In this document: piece by piece, positions 1-11,399 of the stretch
Position numbering within the stretch: position 1 is the first letter of the stretch
How the letters are laid out: the number at the start of each line of letters is the position of its first letter
Source: Gemmatimonadota bacterium
Lineage (GTDB): Bacteria; Latescibacterota; UBA2968; UBA8231
Assembly: GCA_038128265.1 (NCBI GenBank)
Contig: JAYPJE010000025.1
Span: 20,410 to 46,062 of the forward strand
DNA: 25,653 nt
Reading direction: 5' to 3'
Notes under the pieces: generated by a model
The model's input: the letters and a program-made list of their open reading frames with translations, nothing else
Database searches by the model: none
What the model was told of the DNA's origin: nothing
Made by a program: the position numbers and the translations under genes

Positions 1-23
1 CTCCCCCCGCCGGCGGGGGCTTT

Positions 24-935
24 TTGGGTTTCCGCGGGTTGGTTCTTTCTGACTTTGGGGGGCCGCGCGCCTCCTTTTTTGGGCCCCCCGCGGCCGCAGA
101 CCACCGCTTTCCCTACACTCTGAGCACCGCCGCCACCGAAGCCCCCGAAACCATTGGACCGCTGAGCGATGGTATGGGCTGGTTTCAGCTCTACCCGCCG
201 CGACGGCCCGATATCCGCCGCGATTTGATTGGGCGTGCGCGCGATGCGGGCTTTACCACCCTGTTGGTGACAGCCGACGTGCCGGTAGCCAGCCGGCGCG
301 AACGGCAGGTGCGCGCCGGCGTTGTAGTGCCCCCCAAAATTACGCCGCGCATGCTCTACCGCTGCATGGTGCGCCCGGCCTGGAGCTGGGCGACGCTGGT
401 GGCCGGTTCGCCGCGCTTCCGCGGACTGGAAAAGTACATCGACGGCAGCGATATGCGCGATATGCTGACGTTTATCGGCCAAGAGCTCGGCGGCTCGCTC
501 GACTGGGCCTACCTAGAAGCCGTGCGCCAGGAGTGGGACGGCCCGCTGGTGCTAAAGGGCATCCTGACGACGGCAGAAGCCGAGCGCGCCGTGGAAATGG
601 GCTTTGACGGCATTATGGTCTCCAACCACGGCGGTCGCCAATTCGACGGCGCTCCGGCGGCCATCGACGTGCTGCCGGCCATCGCCCAAGCAGTTGGCCA
701 ACGGGCAGCGATCCTCTTTGACAGCGGCGTGCGCGGCGGCCTGGACATAGCGCGCGCGCTGGCCCTGGGCGCCCACTTCGTGCTGTTGGGCAGGGCCTTT
801 ATGTACGGGGTGGCTGCGCTGGGCCGCAGGGGGGGCGATCACGTGGCCGAGCTGCTCAAGGCCGACCTAGTCAACAATATGGTTCAGCTCGGCTGCACGA
901 CGCTGGCCGAGCTGCGCGAACGCCGACGCAGCTAA
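24..935 (+). CDS. FMN-dependent alpha-hydroxy acid oxidase/dehydrogenase (LldD/glycolate oxidase family), 5'-partial
   Basis: Family motifs LVTAD, LKGI, SNHGGRQ, DSGVRGG, GRAF. The N-terminus is missing and the first ~90 nt are homopolymer-rich and poorly homologous, so the true start probably lies outside the window. Confidence 0.9.
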   Translation: MGFRGLVLSDFGGPRASFFGPPAAADHRFPYTLSTAATEAPETIGPLSDGMGWFQLYPPRRPDIRRDLIGRARDAGFTTLLVTADVPVASRRERQVRAGVVVPPKITPRMLYRCMVRPAWSWATLVAGSPRFRGLEKYIDGSDMRDMLTFIGQELGGSLDWAYLEAVRQEWDGPLVLKGILTTAEAERAVEMGFDGIMVSNHGGRQFDGAPAAIDVLPAIAQAVGQRAAILFDSGVRGGLDIARALALGAHFVLLGRAFMYGVAALGRRGGDHVAELLKADLVNNMVQLGCTTLAELRERRRS

Positions 936-961
936 ACACCCTCTCTTGGAGAGCACACTAC

Positions 962-1267
962 ATGATCCAGCACATCGTCCTGCTCAAGCTCAAACCCGGC
1001 ACCACCTCTGCGCAGAAAGAGACCCTGCTGGAGGGCCTGATCGCCCTACAGCGCGAGGGCCTGATTCCCGGCATTGAGTCGGTAAGCGGCGGCGACAACT
1101 GCTCTCCCGAAGGCAAGGCGCACGGCTTTGACTGGGGCTTTGTAATGACCTTCGCCGACGCAGCGGCACGCGACGCCTATCTGCCCCACCCGGCACACAA
1201 GGCGGTGGGCAAAGAGCTGCTGCGCCCCATCGCCGACGACGTGCTCGTCTTAGACTACGCTATCTAA
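962..1267 (+). CDS. Dabb family (stress-responsive alpha/beta barrel) protein
   Basis: MIQHIVLLKLK start, G-x-N-x-SPE, GFDWGFVMTF, AYLPHPAH, VLDY end; GGAGAG RBS upstream. Confidence 0.9.
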   Translation: MIQHIVLLKLKPGTTSAQKETLLEGLIALQREGLIPGIESVSGGDNCSPEGKAHGFDWGFVMTFADAAARDAYLPHPAHKAVGKELLRPIADDVLVLDYAI

Positions 1268-2064
1268 GCTGCATCCCAACACGCCCTGAGGTGTTCCACG
1301 GCCCGCGGCAGCGCGTCCTCGGCGGCTGCAGTCAGCCCGCACTCAAAGGCCATATAGCCGGAAAAACCCACTCTTTTCAGCACGCTAAACGACGCGGTGA
1401 AGTCGATATCGCCCGAACCGGGTTCCTTGCGCGTATTGTCAGCCAAATGCACGTGCCCCAGCACGTCGGCCACGGCGGCAAAGCTTTGCGGCGAGTTGGG
1501 CTGTTCGATATGCATGTGAAAAAAATCGGCCATTACGCGCACGCCGCTGCCGGCTTCGCGACACAGCTCGGCCGCCTCTTCAACGTCGCGCAGCGCATTG
1601 GATTCATAGCGATTGAGCGGCTCGAGCAGCAGCTGTGCGCCCACCGACTCAGCGTGAGCCGCCAGTTCGACCAGCACGTGGCGCAACAGTTCGATCTCGG
1701 CTTCGTGCTGCGTTTTCCACGGCGACAGGTCGGGCAGGCGATCGTTGCGGTTAAAGATGGGCACGCTAATTGGACCGACGGCACCCAGTTCGGCCGACAG
1801 ATCTAAATAGCGCTTGAGCACATCCGTACAGGTGCGTCGACGCTGGGGGTCGGGATGCACCATCTCAGCGGCAAAGCCGCCGCAGATCGACGAGGCCTTT
1901 ATCGGACTGTCTTTCAGCGCGGCGCGACGCTCGGCCAGGCCGGCCGCATCGTTTAGCTGCGCGCCGGCCAGCTCCACACCAACAAAGCCATAAGCCTCTA
2001 AGTTGCGCAGTTTTTCCGCAAAGTCCCTGCCTCCCACAAGCCCTTCCTGACACGATAGTTTCAT
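1264..2064 (-). CDS. Sugar phosphate isomerase/epimerase (xylose isomerase-like TIM barrel; ketose 3-epimerase-like)
   Basis: Metal-binding motifs EPLNRYE, DFFHM, HVHLAD, R-x-x-PGSG and FE. Start placed at ATG 2064 (MKLSCQE), preceded by GGAGGT. Confidence 0.88.
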   Translation of the reverse strand: MKLSCQEGLVGGRDFAEKLRNLEAYGFVGVELAGAQLNDAAGLAERRAALKDSPIKASSICGGFAAEMVHPDPQRRRTCTDVLKRYLDLSAELGAVGPISVPIFNRNDRLPDLSPWKTQHEAEIELLRHVLVELAAHAESVGAQLLLEPLNRYESNALRDVEEAAELCREAGSGVRVMADFFHMHIEQPNSPQSFAAVADVLGHVHLADNTRKEPGSGDIDFTASFSVLKRVGFSGYMAFECGLTAAAEDALPRAVEHLRACWDAA

Positions 2065-2199
2065 GCGTGAACCTCCCATATGAACGTCCGCAACGACGCG
2101 CGCAGCGGCGCGTATCCTTGACGATCGAGCGACGAGCTAATTTTTTATAGTCTCTTGCAACGCATCGCCTAGCGACGAGCGACACTGCCCAAAAGGTAA

Positions 2200-4434
<2,235 letters not shown>

Positions 4435-4460
4435 TCGCTGCGCAACAGAAGTACGCACTT

Positions 4461-4497
4461 GAAGCCGGTCGATCAACCATTCGACCGGCTTCCTTTT
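4461..4497 (+). terminator. Intrinsic (rho-independent) terminator after icd
   Basis: Perfect 12-bp stem GAAGCCGGTCGA / TCGACCGGCTTC, 8-nt loop, followed by CTTTT, starting 27 nt after the icd stop. Confidence 0.85.
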
Positions 4498-4519
4498 GCC
4501 CTGCTCGGAGGTATCCCGC

Positions 4520-6268
4520 ATGGAACGCATCTGCACGCTGACAGCGCCGCCGCGCGCTTTCTTTGAAACAGACGACGGCGGCTTGGTATTGGTCGTTGCC
4601 GACGGACTAGCCCGCGTGCGCGATAGACGGCTCCACTATCTTGCGCACGCGGCAATAGATGCGGCTGCGCTCGGCCCGGATGGGCGCGCCTACTGGACGC
4701 AGGGCGCACGCATTTACAGCGCAGAAACCAAAGTAGATTCGCCCGCGCACGACCTCACGGCGCTCTTTGCCGGCCGCGCGCAGGGACGCCGGCAAATTAC
4801 CTGCACACCCGACGGCGACGTATGGGTAGAGGGCTGCACAACGCGCCGCGACCTCACCGGCTGCTATGTTGCCAATCCACGGCACTACGAGCCACACGCA
4901 CCGGCCCCCTGTGCGCTCGACGTCTACGGCAACTTCTGGAGCATCAACGAAGGCCACGTGCTCGTGCTGCCGGCCAACGCGCCCCACTGCTGGCAGAGCG
5001 CTTGGATATCGGCCGATCCGGACGATGTGCTATTTGCCGACAGCATGGGCTATATATGGCTAGTTGGCCCGAAAGCGTGGCGGCGGTTCTGTCCGCGCCA
5101 GCAGGATAAGGGCTGGCAGGTCGTGGAGTTGCCCCGCCCGCAGACCGCCGTGACGGCCGTGGGCCGATCGCCCAACGACTTGCTGATGGTGGCCTTGTCC
5201 AGCGGCGAGCTGCTCGAGGTCGACACCGCCGAAGACGAGGCCGTCCATCAGCGCCACTTGGCCGACCTGCCCGACGAGACCTGCTGCGTCTACAGCGACG
5301 GACACGGCGCCCTTTGGGCAGCAACCGCCGAGGCGCTCTACCGCCAAGAGCCTGCCCATGATGCCTGGCAGGTGCACTGGGCGCAGCGACGCGGCCGCCT
5401 GCCGGGCGGCGGCAATCACGATATCTTCTCGACCCCCTGTCGCGGTAGGCTCTACGTGGCCGGCGGCTGGGCCGGCGAATGGGGCCTGCCGCCGCGCGCG
5501 CACGTCCTCGACGAGCTATTCTGCTGGGACGGCACCTACTGGCAGGTGGTCGGCCACATGCCCGAACCGCGCCGCTACTGCGGCGTTGCCGAACTGGACG
5601 ACTGCGTATGGGTGGTCGGCGGCGAGACGCGCCATCCGCACTGGGCCGGCGAGGGGCAGGTGCTCTACACCGCGCTGATCTACGACCCGCTCAGCCGTTC
5701 GTGGCGACCCGGGCCATCGCTGCATCACGCGCGCACCGACCCCTTCGTCGTGCACTGCGATGGGCGCATCTACGCCGTCGGCGGCGCGGCCCACAACAGC
5801 GGGCCAAAACTCGATTCCGTAGAGAGCATTGGCCCCGGCGAAGATACCTGGCGCCTCGAAACGCCCCTGCCCGAACCCACGCGCCAAGGCCACGGCTGCG
5901 CGCTGGACGGCACCGTCTACTGCGCCAGCATCGACGGTTTCTATGCCTTTGACACAGCGGCCGGCACATGGGACACCCATCTGCCTCAGCCAGGGCCTAT
6001 CGGCCAGGGCCCTCTGCTGGCCGCCTGGCGCGGCGAAGTCTGGCTTATCGGCGGATTCGGCGATAGCAGCATCCGCTGCTACAGCCCGCAGACGCGCAGC
6101 TGGCGCAGGGGGCCCGACCTGCCCACCGAACAGGCCTGGGGCGCGGCCAGCGTGCTGGATGACCGACTCGTTATCACGGGCGGTGCCCACGCGATACCTC
6201 TGCTTGGCCAGGTTGTGTTCGACGATCGCACCTACGTTCTGCGCGCCGATTCGACATCGGACGCATGA
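4520..6268 (+). CDS. Beta-propeller protein: N-terminal propeller repeats plus C-terminal Kelch repeats
   Basis: C-half has Kelch blades (LYVAGG, VWVVGG, IYAVGG, VWLIGG, LVITGG with W...P spacers). N-half has D-x-x-G-x-x-W repeats (PDGRAYW, PDGDVW, DVYGNFW, DSMGYIW, DGHGALW). ATG 4520 follows GGAGGT. Confidence 0.82.
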   Translation: MERICTLTAPPRAFFETDDGGLVLVVADGLARVRDRRLHYLAHAAIDAAALGPDGRAYWTQGARIYSAETKVDSPAHDLTALFAGRAQGRRQITCTPDGDVWVEGCTTRRDLTGCYVANPRHYEPHAPAPCALDVYGNFWSINEGHVLVLPANAPHCWQSAWISADPDDVLFADSMGYIWLVGPKAWRRFCPRQQDKGWQVVELPRPQTAVTAVGRSPNDLLMVALSSGELLEVDTAEDEAVHQRHLADLPDETCCVYSDGHGALWAATAEALYRQEPAHDAWQVHWAQRRGRLPGGGNHDIFSTPCRGRLYVAGGWAGEWGLPPRAHVLDELFCWDGTYWQVVGHMPEPRRYCGVAELDDCVWVVGGETRHPHWAGEGQVLYTALIYDPLSRSWRPGPSLHHARTDPFVVHCDGRIYAVGGAAHNSGPKLDSVESIGPGEDTWRLETPLPEPTRQGHGCALDGTVYCASIDGFYAFDTAAGTWDTHLPQPGPIGQGPLLAAWRGEVWLIGGFGDSSIRCYSPQTRSWRRGPDLPTEQAWGAASVLDDRLVITGGAHAIPLLGQVVFDDRTYVLRADSTSDA

Positions 6269-6341
6269 GCGACGAGCGCATTGGGTGCCGCGGCGCATTC
6301 TGCCTATATTCCCCGGTCCATCCCGCGCCGGAGGAAAACCG

Positions 6342-7103
6342 ATGTCTCCAGTTTCAGACGCCAACGCAACGCGCTATTTGGAAGAGGGTTATTGCCTGAT
6401 TCCCAACCTCATACCGCGAGCCTCTATTGAGGCGGCACAGCGACGCGCGTTGGAAATAGGACAGCAGCTAGCGCCATGGCCCAACGGCCACTTCCAGGTA
6501 TTGGATCCGCAGCGCTATCGCTCGCCAAACGACACGCCGCTGCCGGCTGGCATCCAGCGCCCGGCAGCGCAAGAAGCCGTCTTTGCCGACGTCGCCGATC
6601 ACGCCAATTTAGCGGAGGCAATGGCCGCCTTGCTGGGCGGTCCGGTCGAGCGCTTCACCGACCAAATCGGCATCAAGCACGACGTGTTAAGCGAAGAGCA
6701 GGGCGGCTGCAGCTATTACCATCAGGACTCGTACTACTGGAAAATCGCTCCCGAACTGGGCTGCAACTGCTGGATTCCGCTCACCGAGGTAGGAGCCCAC
6801 GCCAGCGCGTTGGCCATTATGCCCAGGACGCATATCGGCTGGGAACTGGTCGAACACGAATCCTATTACGACGATCCGCCTTGGGGTCACGTCAGCAACG
6901 GCAGCTTTACCCCGTTTAAACGCCACCGCATCCCGCACGAGCAGGTCGACTTTGCGCGCGAAGAGCTCATTGAAATGCAGCCGGGCGACGGGCTCTTCTT
7001 TAGCAACTATACCTGGCACCGCTCCGAGCCCAACAGCAGCGGGCAGACGCACGTGTTCTACGCCATCGCCTATCAGCGGCAAAACGGAGGTAGCACAGCG
7101 TGA
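6342..7103 (+). CDS. Phytanoyl-CoA dioxygenase (PhyH) family Fe(II)/2-oxoglutarate dioxygenase
   Basis: YLEEGY start motif, HQD iron ligands, NCWIPL, PGD-x-LFF, WHRSEPN. ATG 6342 follows GGAGGA; the longer upstream frame overlaps the Kelch gene and is not used. Confidence 0.9.
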   Translation: MSPVSDANATRYLEEGYCLIPNLIPRASIEAAQRRALEIGQQLAPWPNGHFQVLDPQRYRSPNDTPLPAGIQRPAAQEAVFADVADHANLAEAMAALLGGPVERFTDQIGIKHDVLSEEQGGCSYYHQDSYYWKIAPELGCNCWIPLTEVGAHASALAIMPRTHIGWELVEHESYYDDPPWGHVSNGSFTPFKRHRIPHEQVDFAREELIEMQPGDGLFFSNYTWHRSEPNSSGQTHVFYAIAYQRQNGGSTA

Positions 7104-8179
7104 ATATAGATCGCATCGAGTGGTGGGAAGTCGATCAGTTTGTCCATCAGGAAATGGTCAACAGCCCCGAATACGCCGAAGTGCACGAACAGTGGGACCT
7201 GGTGCCCAAGTTTATTATCCGCCTACACGCGGAAGACGGTCACTACGGCGTCGGCGAAACGCCGCGCGGCACGGCATTGGCTGATTTAGAGGCCGCCTGC
7301 CGCAGCCTGTTGGGGGTCGACCCGCTCGCGCTCAACCTGCGCCGCATACCGCTATCCGGCAGCGCCGGCAACGTCTATCGCTGCGTGGAGACAGCCGTCT
7401 TTGATCTAGTCGGGCGCATGCGCTCCATGCGCGTCGGCGAACTCCTCGGCGGCTACTGCCGCAACGAAGTGGTCAGTTCGTACTGGGCCGGTTTACAAAA
7501 CCCCGAATATTCGCCGGCGGCGGCAGTCGGCGCACGCGATGGCGGCTATTCCTGCCTCAAGATCAAAGTCATGCACGGCATGGACGTAGTCGACCGCCTG
7601 CAGCGCATGCTCGAAGTAGCACCCGATCTGCGCTTTATTGTCGACGCCATGCAGCGCTACGACAGCTACGACGAGATGGAGCAACTGGCGCGCCGCTGTG
7701 CCGATCTAAACGTGCTGTGCATTGAAGACCCACTGCCCAAAGACCGGCTCGACCTGTACAAAAAGCTGCGCGGGGAAACGGGCGTCAGCGTAGCCCTTCA
7801 TCTGGGTTCAACGCGCGCCGTCATCGAAGCGTTGACAGCCGATGCGGCCGATATCTTCAATTGCTCGCCCGGCTCCATGGTCGAATTTGTGCGCATGGTC
7901 GATGCGGCCAGCACCGCCGACAAACCGTGCTGGCACGGGTCGGGCGTCGACCTGGGCATTCTCGACTTGGCGTACATACACGCCACCGCCGTCGCCGACG
8001 GGGCTACCGTACCACACGATATTCTATCGACACCGCTGCATGTAGACGACTTTGTCGTGCAGATGCCTGAGCGCAGGGGTGAGCGCATTGCCGTGCCAAC
8101 GGGACCAGGGCTCGGCGGAGAACTCGATATGAGCGCGGTAGAAAAGTACCAGCGCAATCGGGGGGAATGGCGCGTCTAA
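7100..8179 (+). CDS. Mandelate racemase/muconate lactonizing enzyme (enolase superfamily) protein
   Basis: GVGE, ETAVFDLVGR...LLGG, K-x-K (LKIKV), VDAMQ, IEDP, VPTGPGLG. GTG start overlaps the upstream TGA (GTGA) and follows GGAGGT. Confidence 0.9.
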   Translation: MNIDRIEWWEVDQFVHQEMVNSPEYAEVHEQWDLVPKFIIRLHAEDGHYGVGETPRGTALADLEAACRSLLGVDPLALNLRRIPLSGSAGNVYRCVETAVFDLVGRMRSMRVGELLGGYCRNEVVSSYWAGLQNPEYSPAAAVGARDGGYSCLKIKVMHGMDVVDRLQRMLEVAPDLRFIVDAMQRYDSYDEMEQLARRCADLNVLCIEDPLPKDRLDLYKKLRGETGVSVALHLGSTRAVIEALTADAADIFNCSPGSMVEFVRMVDAASTADKPCWHGSGVDLGILDLAYIHATAVADGATVPHDILSTPLHVDDFVVQMPERRGERIAVPTGPGLGGELDMSAVEKYQRNRGEWRV

Positions 8180-8205
8180 GCACGCCTGATGCGGCTTTCC
8201 GTAGA

Positions 8206-10305
8206 CTAGGAACTGCTGCGCTTGGTCCCGGCGGCGGCCATACTGCGCACAAAGCGGGCCGTCATGCGCTTGATGCCCGGTGCCATGATCGCGGCCAGCG
8301 CGAGCACTTTGTCCAAGCTGCTATTCACGTGCTCAAGTGCAGCTGTTGGAGCAAAGTGCATCATCAATGCCTCGCGGTCGTCTTCGTCCAAGTCGACGAC
8401 TGGATTCATCGCCCCGGCCAAGCTCTCGACCACCAGCACGTGCGGAAACGGTGCGTCTTGCGGAAAAGGATCCGCCGCTCCTGCAATAAAGTCGGCCAGA
8501 CTGATCAGCAGTGAGAACTCATCTTCGGGGTCTGGATCGTGGTGGGTCCGGATCGCGTTTTCTACCGGCTGTCCCATCTCCCAATTGTGCGCCATAATCG
8601 CCCCAGCCAGTGCGTGGTTAGACCGCGGGGCAATCTCCATCTCGGCGGCGTGTACGGAAATCTTGTACTCCTGAGCGTTAATATAGCTCAGCACCTTGTC
8701 AAATTGCTCGGGGTACGTGCTGGCGACGGCGACATGCCCCATGTCGTGCATCAGGCCACCGACAAAGGGCACTTCACCATCGGCGAGCGCAAAGCGGCTC
8801 GAGATATTGAACTGCTTTAGCATGGCCACGACCTGTCCCTCGGGACTCCACTCATCAAACAGGCGCTGCTGGTACTCGCCCAACTTCCTACCATCGAAGG
8901 GCATCATCAGCATGCGCGCGGCGAATCCGGCACTTACGCTGTGACGCCAGAAGCTCTGAACAGTGGACCGCTCGTCGAATGCAGCTTCCAACGGTTCGTT
9001 TAGTGCGGCAGCAGCGGCTATATCGCGAACGGCTTCTTTGCCGAGCAGGTCTACTGCGCGCGCAACGTCCTCCACTTTGTCGCGTGCGCCGCGGACCGAC
9101 GCCCGCGCCCGATCAATAACCATGGCTTCACAGCACGGGTCCGTTTCGATCGCATCAACCCAGAACGTCGAGTCGCCGGAAAGATCGCGCGCTATTTTTT
9201 GAACGCGGTCGTAGAAGACGGGCACACCCGGAAGGTCTTCATTGCGACCCATATCGGCTTCTAGCTGCCGGGTATCATGCCGCGTATCGCCGCTCGCCAA
9301 GCCCGGAGATTCCCCGTCCGAAACGGCGTCGTCCAAGCTGGAACCTTCTTCATTCCAGGCATCTTCTTCGACCTCTGCCGCTGCAGTGGATTTGTCGGGC
9401 GCCGCCGGATCCCCTGAAGCAAAGGCGTTCTCTCGATACATCTGCTCCAGCGACTTGGGACTAATTTTTCCCCTCTCCAGTAGAACGACGCCCATTTTGC
9501 TCATCGAGCTGCGCTCGGTAACCGAAAACTCAAACATCGTATCGACGATCAAACACACCTTGCAATCGGCTTTGTGGTTGAGCAAGACCAGCCGGGCCAG
9601 CGTCACACCACCGCCAGCAATATCATTGGGTACGATGAGCAGGCGCAGAGACTCGCGGCGCGCACGCACTAAGCGCATTACTCTCTGCGTATTGTCTTCC
9701 AGCACATAGCGCATCTTGCCGTCGGCCAGATCGTCGTTCAACGCCTCAAACGCTGCGACTTTCATCGACAATAGGCGCGCTGCTTCGTTGTTTTCGGTGC
9801 GTTTCAGCTCAGTGGGATCGACGCTCTTCTCGACGATGAGAACAAAGGGCACGCGCTCTTGCGCCATCACTTCCACATTGGCCGAATCCCTGAGCATCGT
9901 CTCAAACTGCTGCGCTTCCTGCTCCGCTTTTCGGTCGGCCGTCATTTGCACAACCCGGTCTATCTTCGCCTTGAGCTGAGACGGATTAAACGGCTTGGAT
10001 ATATAGTTGTTGGCACCGGCCTTCATCGCAGTAATGACGTCTTCTTTCTCGGTGCGCGACGTAGCCATTATAACGGGCAGTTCCGCCGTTTTCGGTTCGG
10101 AACGCACTTTTTCTAACAGTTCCAGCCCCGACATATTAGGCATGTTCCAATCGGATATGAGCAAGTCAAAGCCACCATCGCGCAGATGCTCCCACGCCTC
10201 GACGCCGTCCTCTGCTTCGTACACTTCCGCATAACCCAAACCGCGCAGCATCGTATTGAGAACTTTGCGCATGGAAGTAGAGTCTTCGACAATCATGAGC
10301 TTCAT
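8206..10305 (-). CDS. Response regulator: CheY-like receiver + receiver-like unknown domain + acidic linker + HDOD domain
   Basis: Receiver motifs IVED, ISDWNMPNMSG, MATSR, YISKPF. HDOD motifs LPGVP, IETDP, AVDLLG, FWRHS, GGLMHDMG, HALAG...W, AIRTHH. ATG 10305 follows GAGGT; alternative TTG at 10320. Confidence 0.88.
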   Translation of the reverse strand: MKLMIVEDSTSMRKVLNTMLRGLGYAEVYEAEDGVEAWEHLRDGGFDLLISDWNMPNMSGLELLEKVRSEPKTAELPVIMATSRTEKEDVITAMKAGANNYISKPFNPSQLKAKIDRVVQMTADRKAEQEAQQFETMLRDSANVEVMAQERVPFVLIVEKSVDPTELKRTENNEAARLLSMKVAAFEALNDDLADGKMRYVLEDNTQRVMRLVRARRESLRLLIVPNDIAGGGVTLARLVLLNHKADCKVCLIVDTMFEFSVTERSSMSKMGVVLLERGKISPKSLEQMYRENAFASGDPAAPDKSTAAAEVEEDAWNEEGSSLDDAVSDGESPGLASGDTRHDTRQLEADMGRNEDLPGVPVFYDRVQKIARDLSGDSTFWVDAIETDPCCEAMVIDRARASVRGARDKVEDVARAVDLLGKEAVRDIAAAAALNEPLEAAFDERSTVQSFWRHSVSAGFAARMLMMPFDGRKLGEYQQRLFDEWSPEGQVVAMLKQFNISSRFALADGEVPFVGGLMHDMGHVAVASTYPEQFDKVLSYINAQEYKISVHAAEMEIAPRSNHALAGAIMAHNWEMGQPVENAIRTHHDPDPEDEFSLLISLADFIAGAADPFPQDAPFPHVLVVESLAGAMNPVVDLDEDDREALMMHFAPTAALEHVNSSLDKVLALAAIMAPGIKRMTARFVRSMAAAGTKRSSS

Positions 10306-10366
10306 ATCAAGAAACCTCAAAAAACACCGTATTTAGCATCGACCGTTGCATGCTTTAGACCATACG

Positions 10367-11302
10367 CTACTGGTCAGCATGGGCGTCTGCCGTAAGGCAT
10401 GTGCGAAACACATCCTCTATAATATCGGGTTTGAAGCGGCGTTTCTCCAACAATTCAACGCCGAGCTTGCGCAACACCGTGCGCTCTTCAACCGGCAGCT
10501 TAAATATTCTTTCGATCGTCAAATAGACCTTGTAGTCGCGATTTTGGTCGCGCGCAATCAGGCGCGCCAGCGTCGCGCCTCCCTCCTCGATATCGTCTGA
10601 AATCACGATTAGCCGAATGCTCTTTTTCAACGAGCGCACCATGCGCATGACAGTTTGCCCGTCGTCGGCCAGCAGGTAGTGCATCTGACCATTGGCCATA
10701 TCGCTGCTCACCTTAGTAAGAGCATCCACTTTGCAGAGCAATGACCGAACGGCCTCCTCGTTATCAGGCTCTTTCAGCTGTTCGGGATCAATTGTGCTTT
10801 CCACAAAGATGGCAAACGAGGCGACGTCCCCGCTCTCTGCGGCGCTATCGGCACATGTCCTCGTCGCATTAATGGCCGCATTGGTCAAAGCCTCGTCAAT
10901 CTTTCGCAGTTCCCGCTCTCTGGCATGCCGCAACATGACCGTTTCGATCTTTGCCTGCAGCTGTTCGGCCTTGAATGGCTTCGATATGTAATTGTTGGCG
11001 CCCGCTTTAACCGCCGCCATAACATCCTGTTTGTCGTTGCGCGACGTAGACATGATAACAGCAACATCGGCCATATCCGGCTGGGCGCGCACGCTTTCCA
11101 ACAGCTCCAACCCCGACATATTGGGCATATTCCAATCGGAAATCAACAGGTCAAATGATTCTTCGCGCATGCGCTCCAGCGCTTCCGCACCGTCCTGCGC
11201 CTCGCCCACATCGCCATATCCAAGGCCCTGCAACATCAGGCGCAACACTTTGCGCATTGACGGGGAATCTTCAACTATGAGAATCTTCGTATTCGGGTCC
11301 AA
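10367..11302 (-). CDS. Response regulator: CheY-like receiver + receiver-like unknown domain
   Basis: KILIVED, ISDWNMPNMSG, MSTSR, YISKPF; C-terminal domain aligns by eye with both neighbours. Start is uncertain: TTG 11302 chosen because the track start (11479) overlaps the upstream gene. Confidence 0.82.
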   Translation of the reverse strand: MDPNTKILIVEDSPSMRKVLRLMLQGLGYGDVGEAQDGAEALERMREESFDLLISDWNMPNMSGLELLESVRAQPDMADVAVIMSTSRNDKQDVMAAVKAGANNYISKPFKAEQLQAKIETVMLRHARERELRKIDEALTNAAINATRTCADSAAESGDVASFAIFVESTIDPEQLKEPDNEEAVRSLLCKVDALTKVSSDMANGQMHYLLADDGQTVMRMVRSLKKSIRLIVISDDIEEGGATLARLIARDQNRDYKVYLTIERIFKLPVEERTVLRKLGVELLEKRRFKPDIIEDVFRTCLTADAHADQ

Positions 11303-11399
11303 TTTACACGCTAAACGAGAAAGAAATCCAACGTTTGTGTAGCTAAAAATGACCCTTATAAGAAAACACTTCTCACCAGAAATACAACTGCGTATCGGA

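Noticed and set aside
1..95. GC hairpin plus T-run at 4-25 resembling a terminator, and a TTG start at 24
   Set aside because: The region is homopolymer-rich and lies where the oxidase coding sequence should continue. It is most likely low-quality contig-end sequence, not a real terminator, start or pseudogene.
1264..1267. Convergent 4-nt overlap of the Dabb and epimerase stop codons
   Set aside because: A common compact arrangement with no evidence of special function.
2118..2151. TTGACG and TATAGT as the icd promoter
   Set aside because: The 22-nt spacing is incompatible with sigma70, so the promoter cannot be placed confidently.
5829..6341. N-terminal extension of the PhyH ORF (424-aa version)
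   Set aside because: It overlaps the Kelch CDS in another frame; a clear RBS and ATG at 6342 give a normal-length PhyH.
5516..6364. 282-aa antisense ORF over the Kelch gene, and the many other short overlapping ORFs in the track
   Set aside because: They overlap well-supported genes, have Arg/Ala/Pro-rich off-frame composition, and are expected at high GC.
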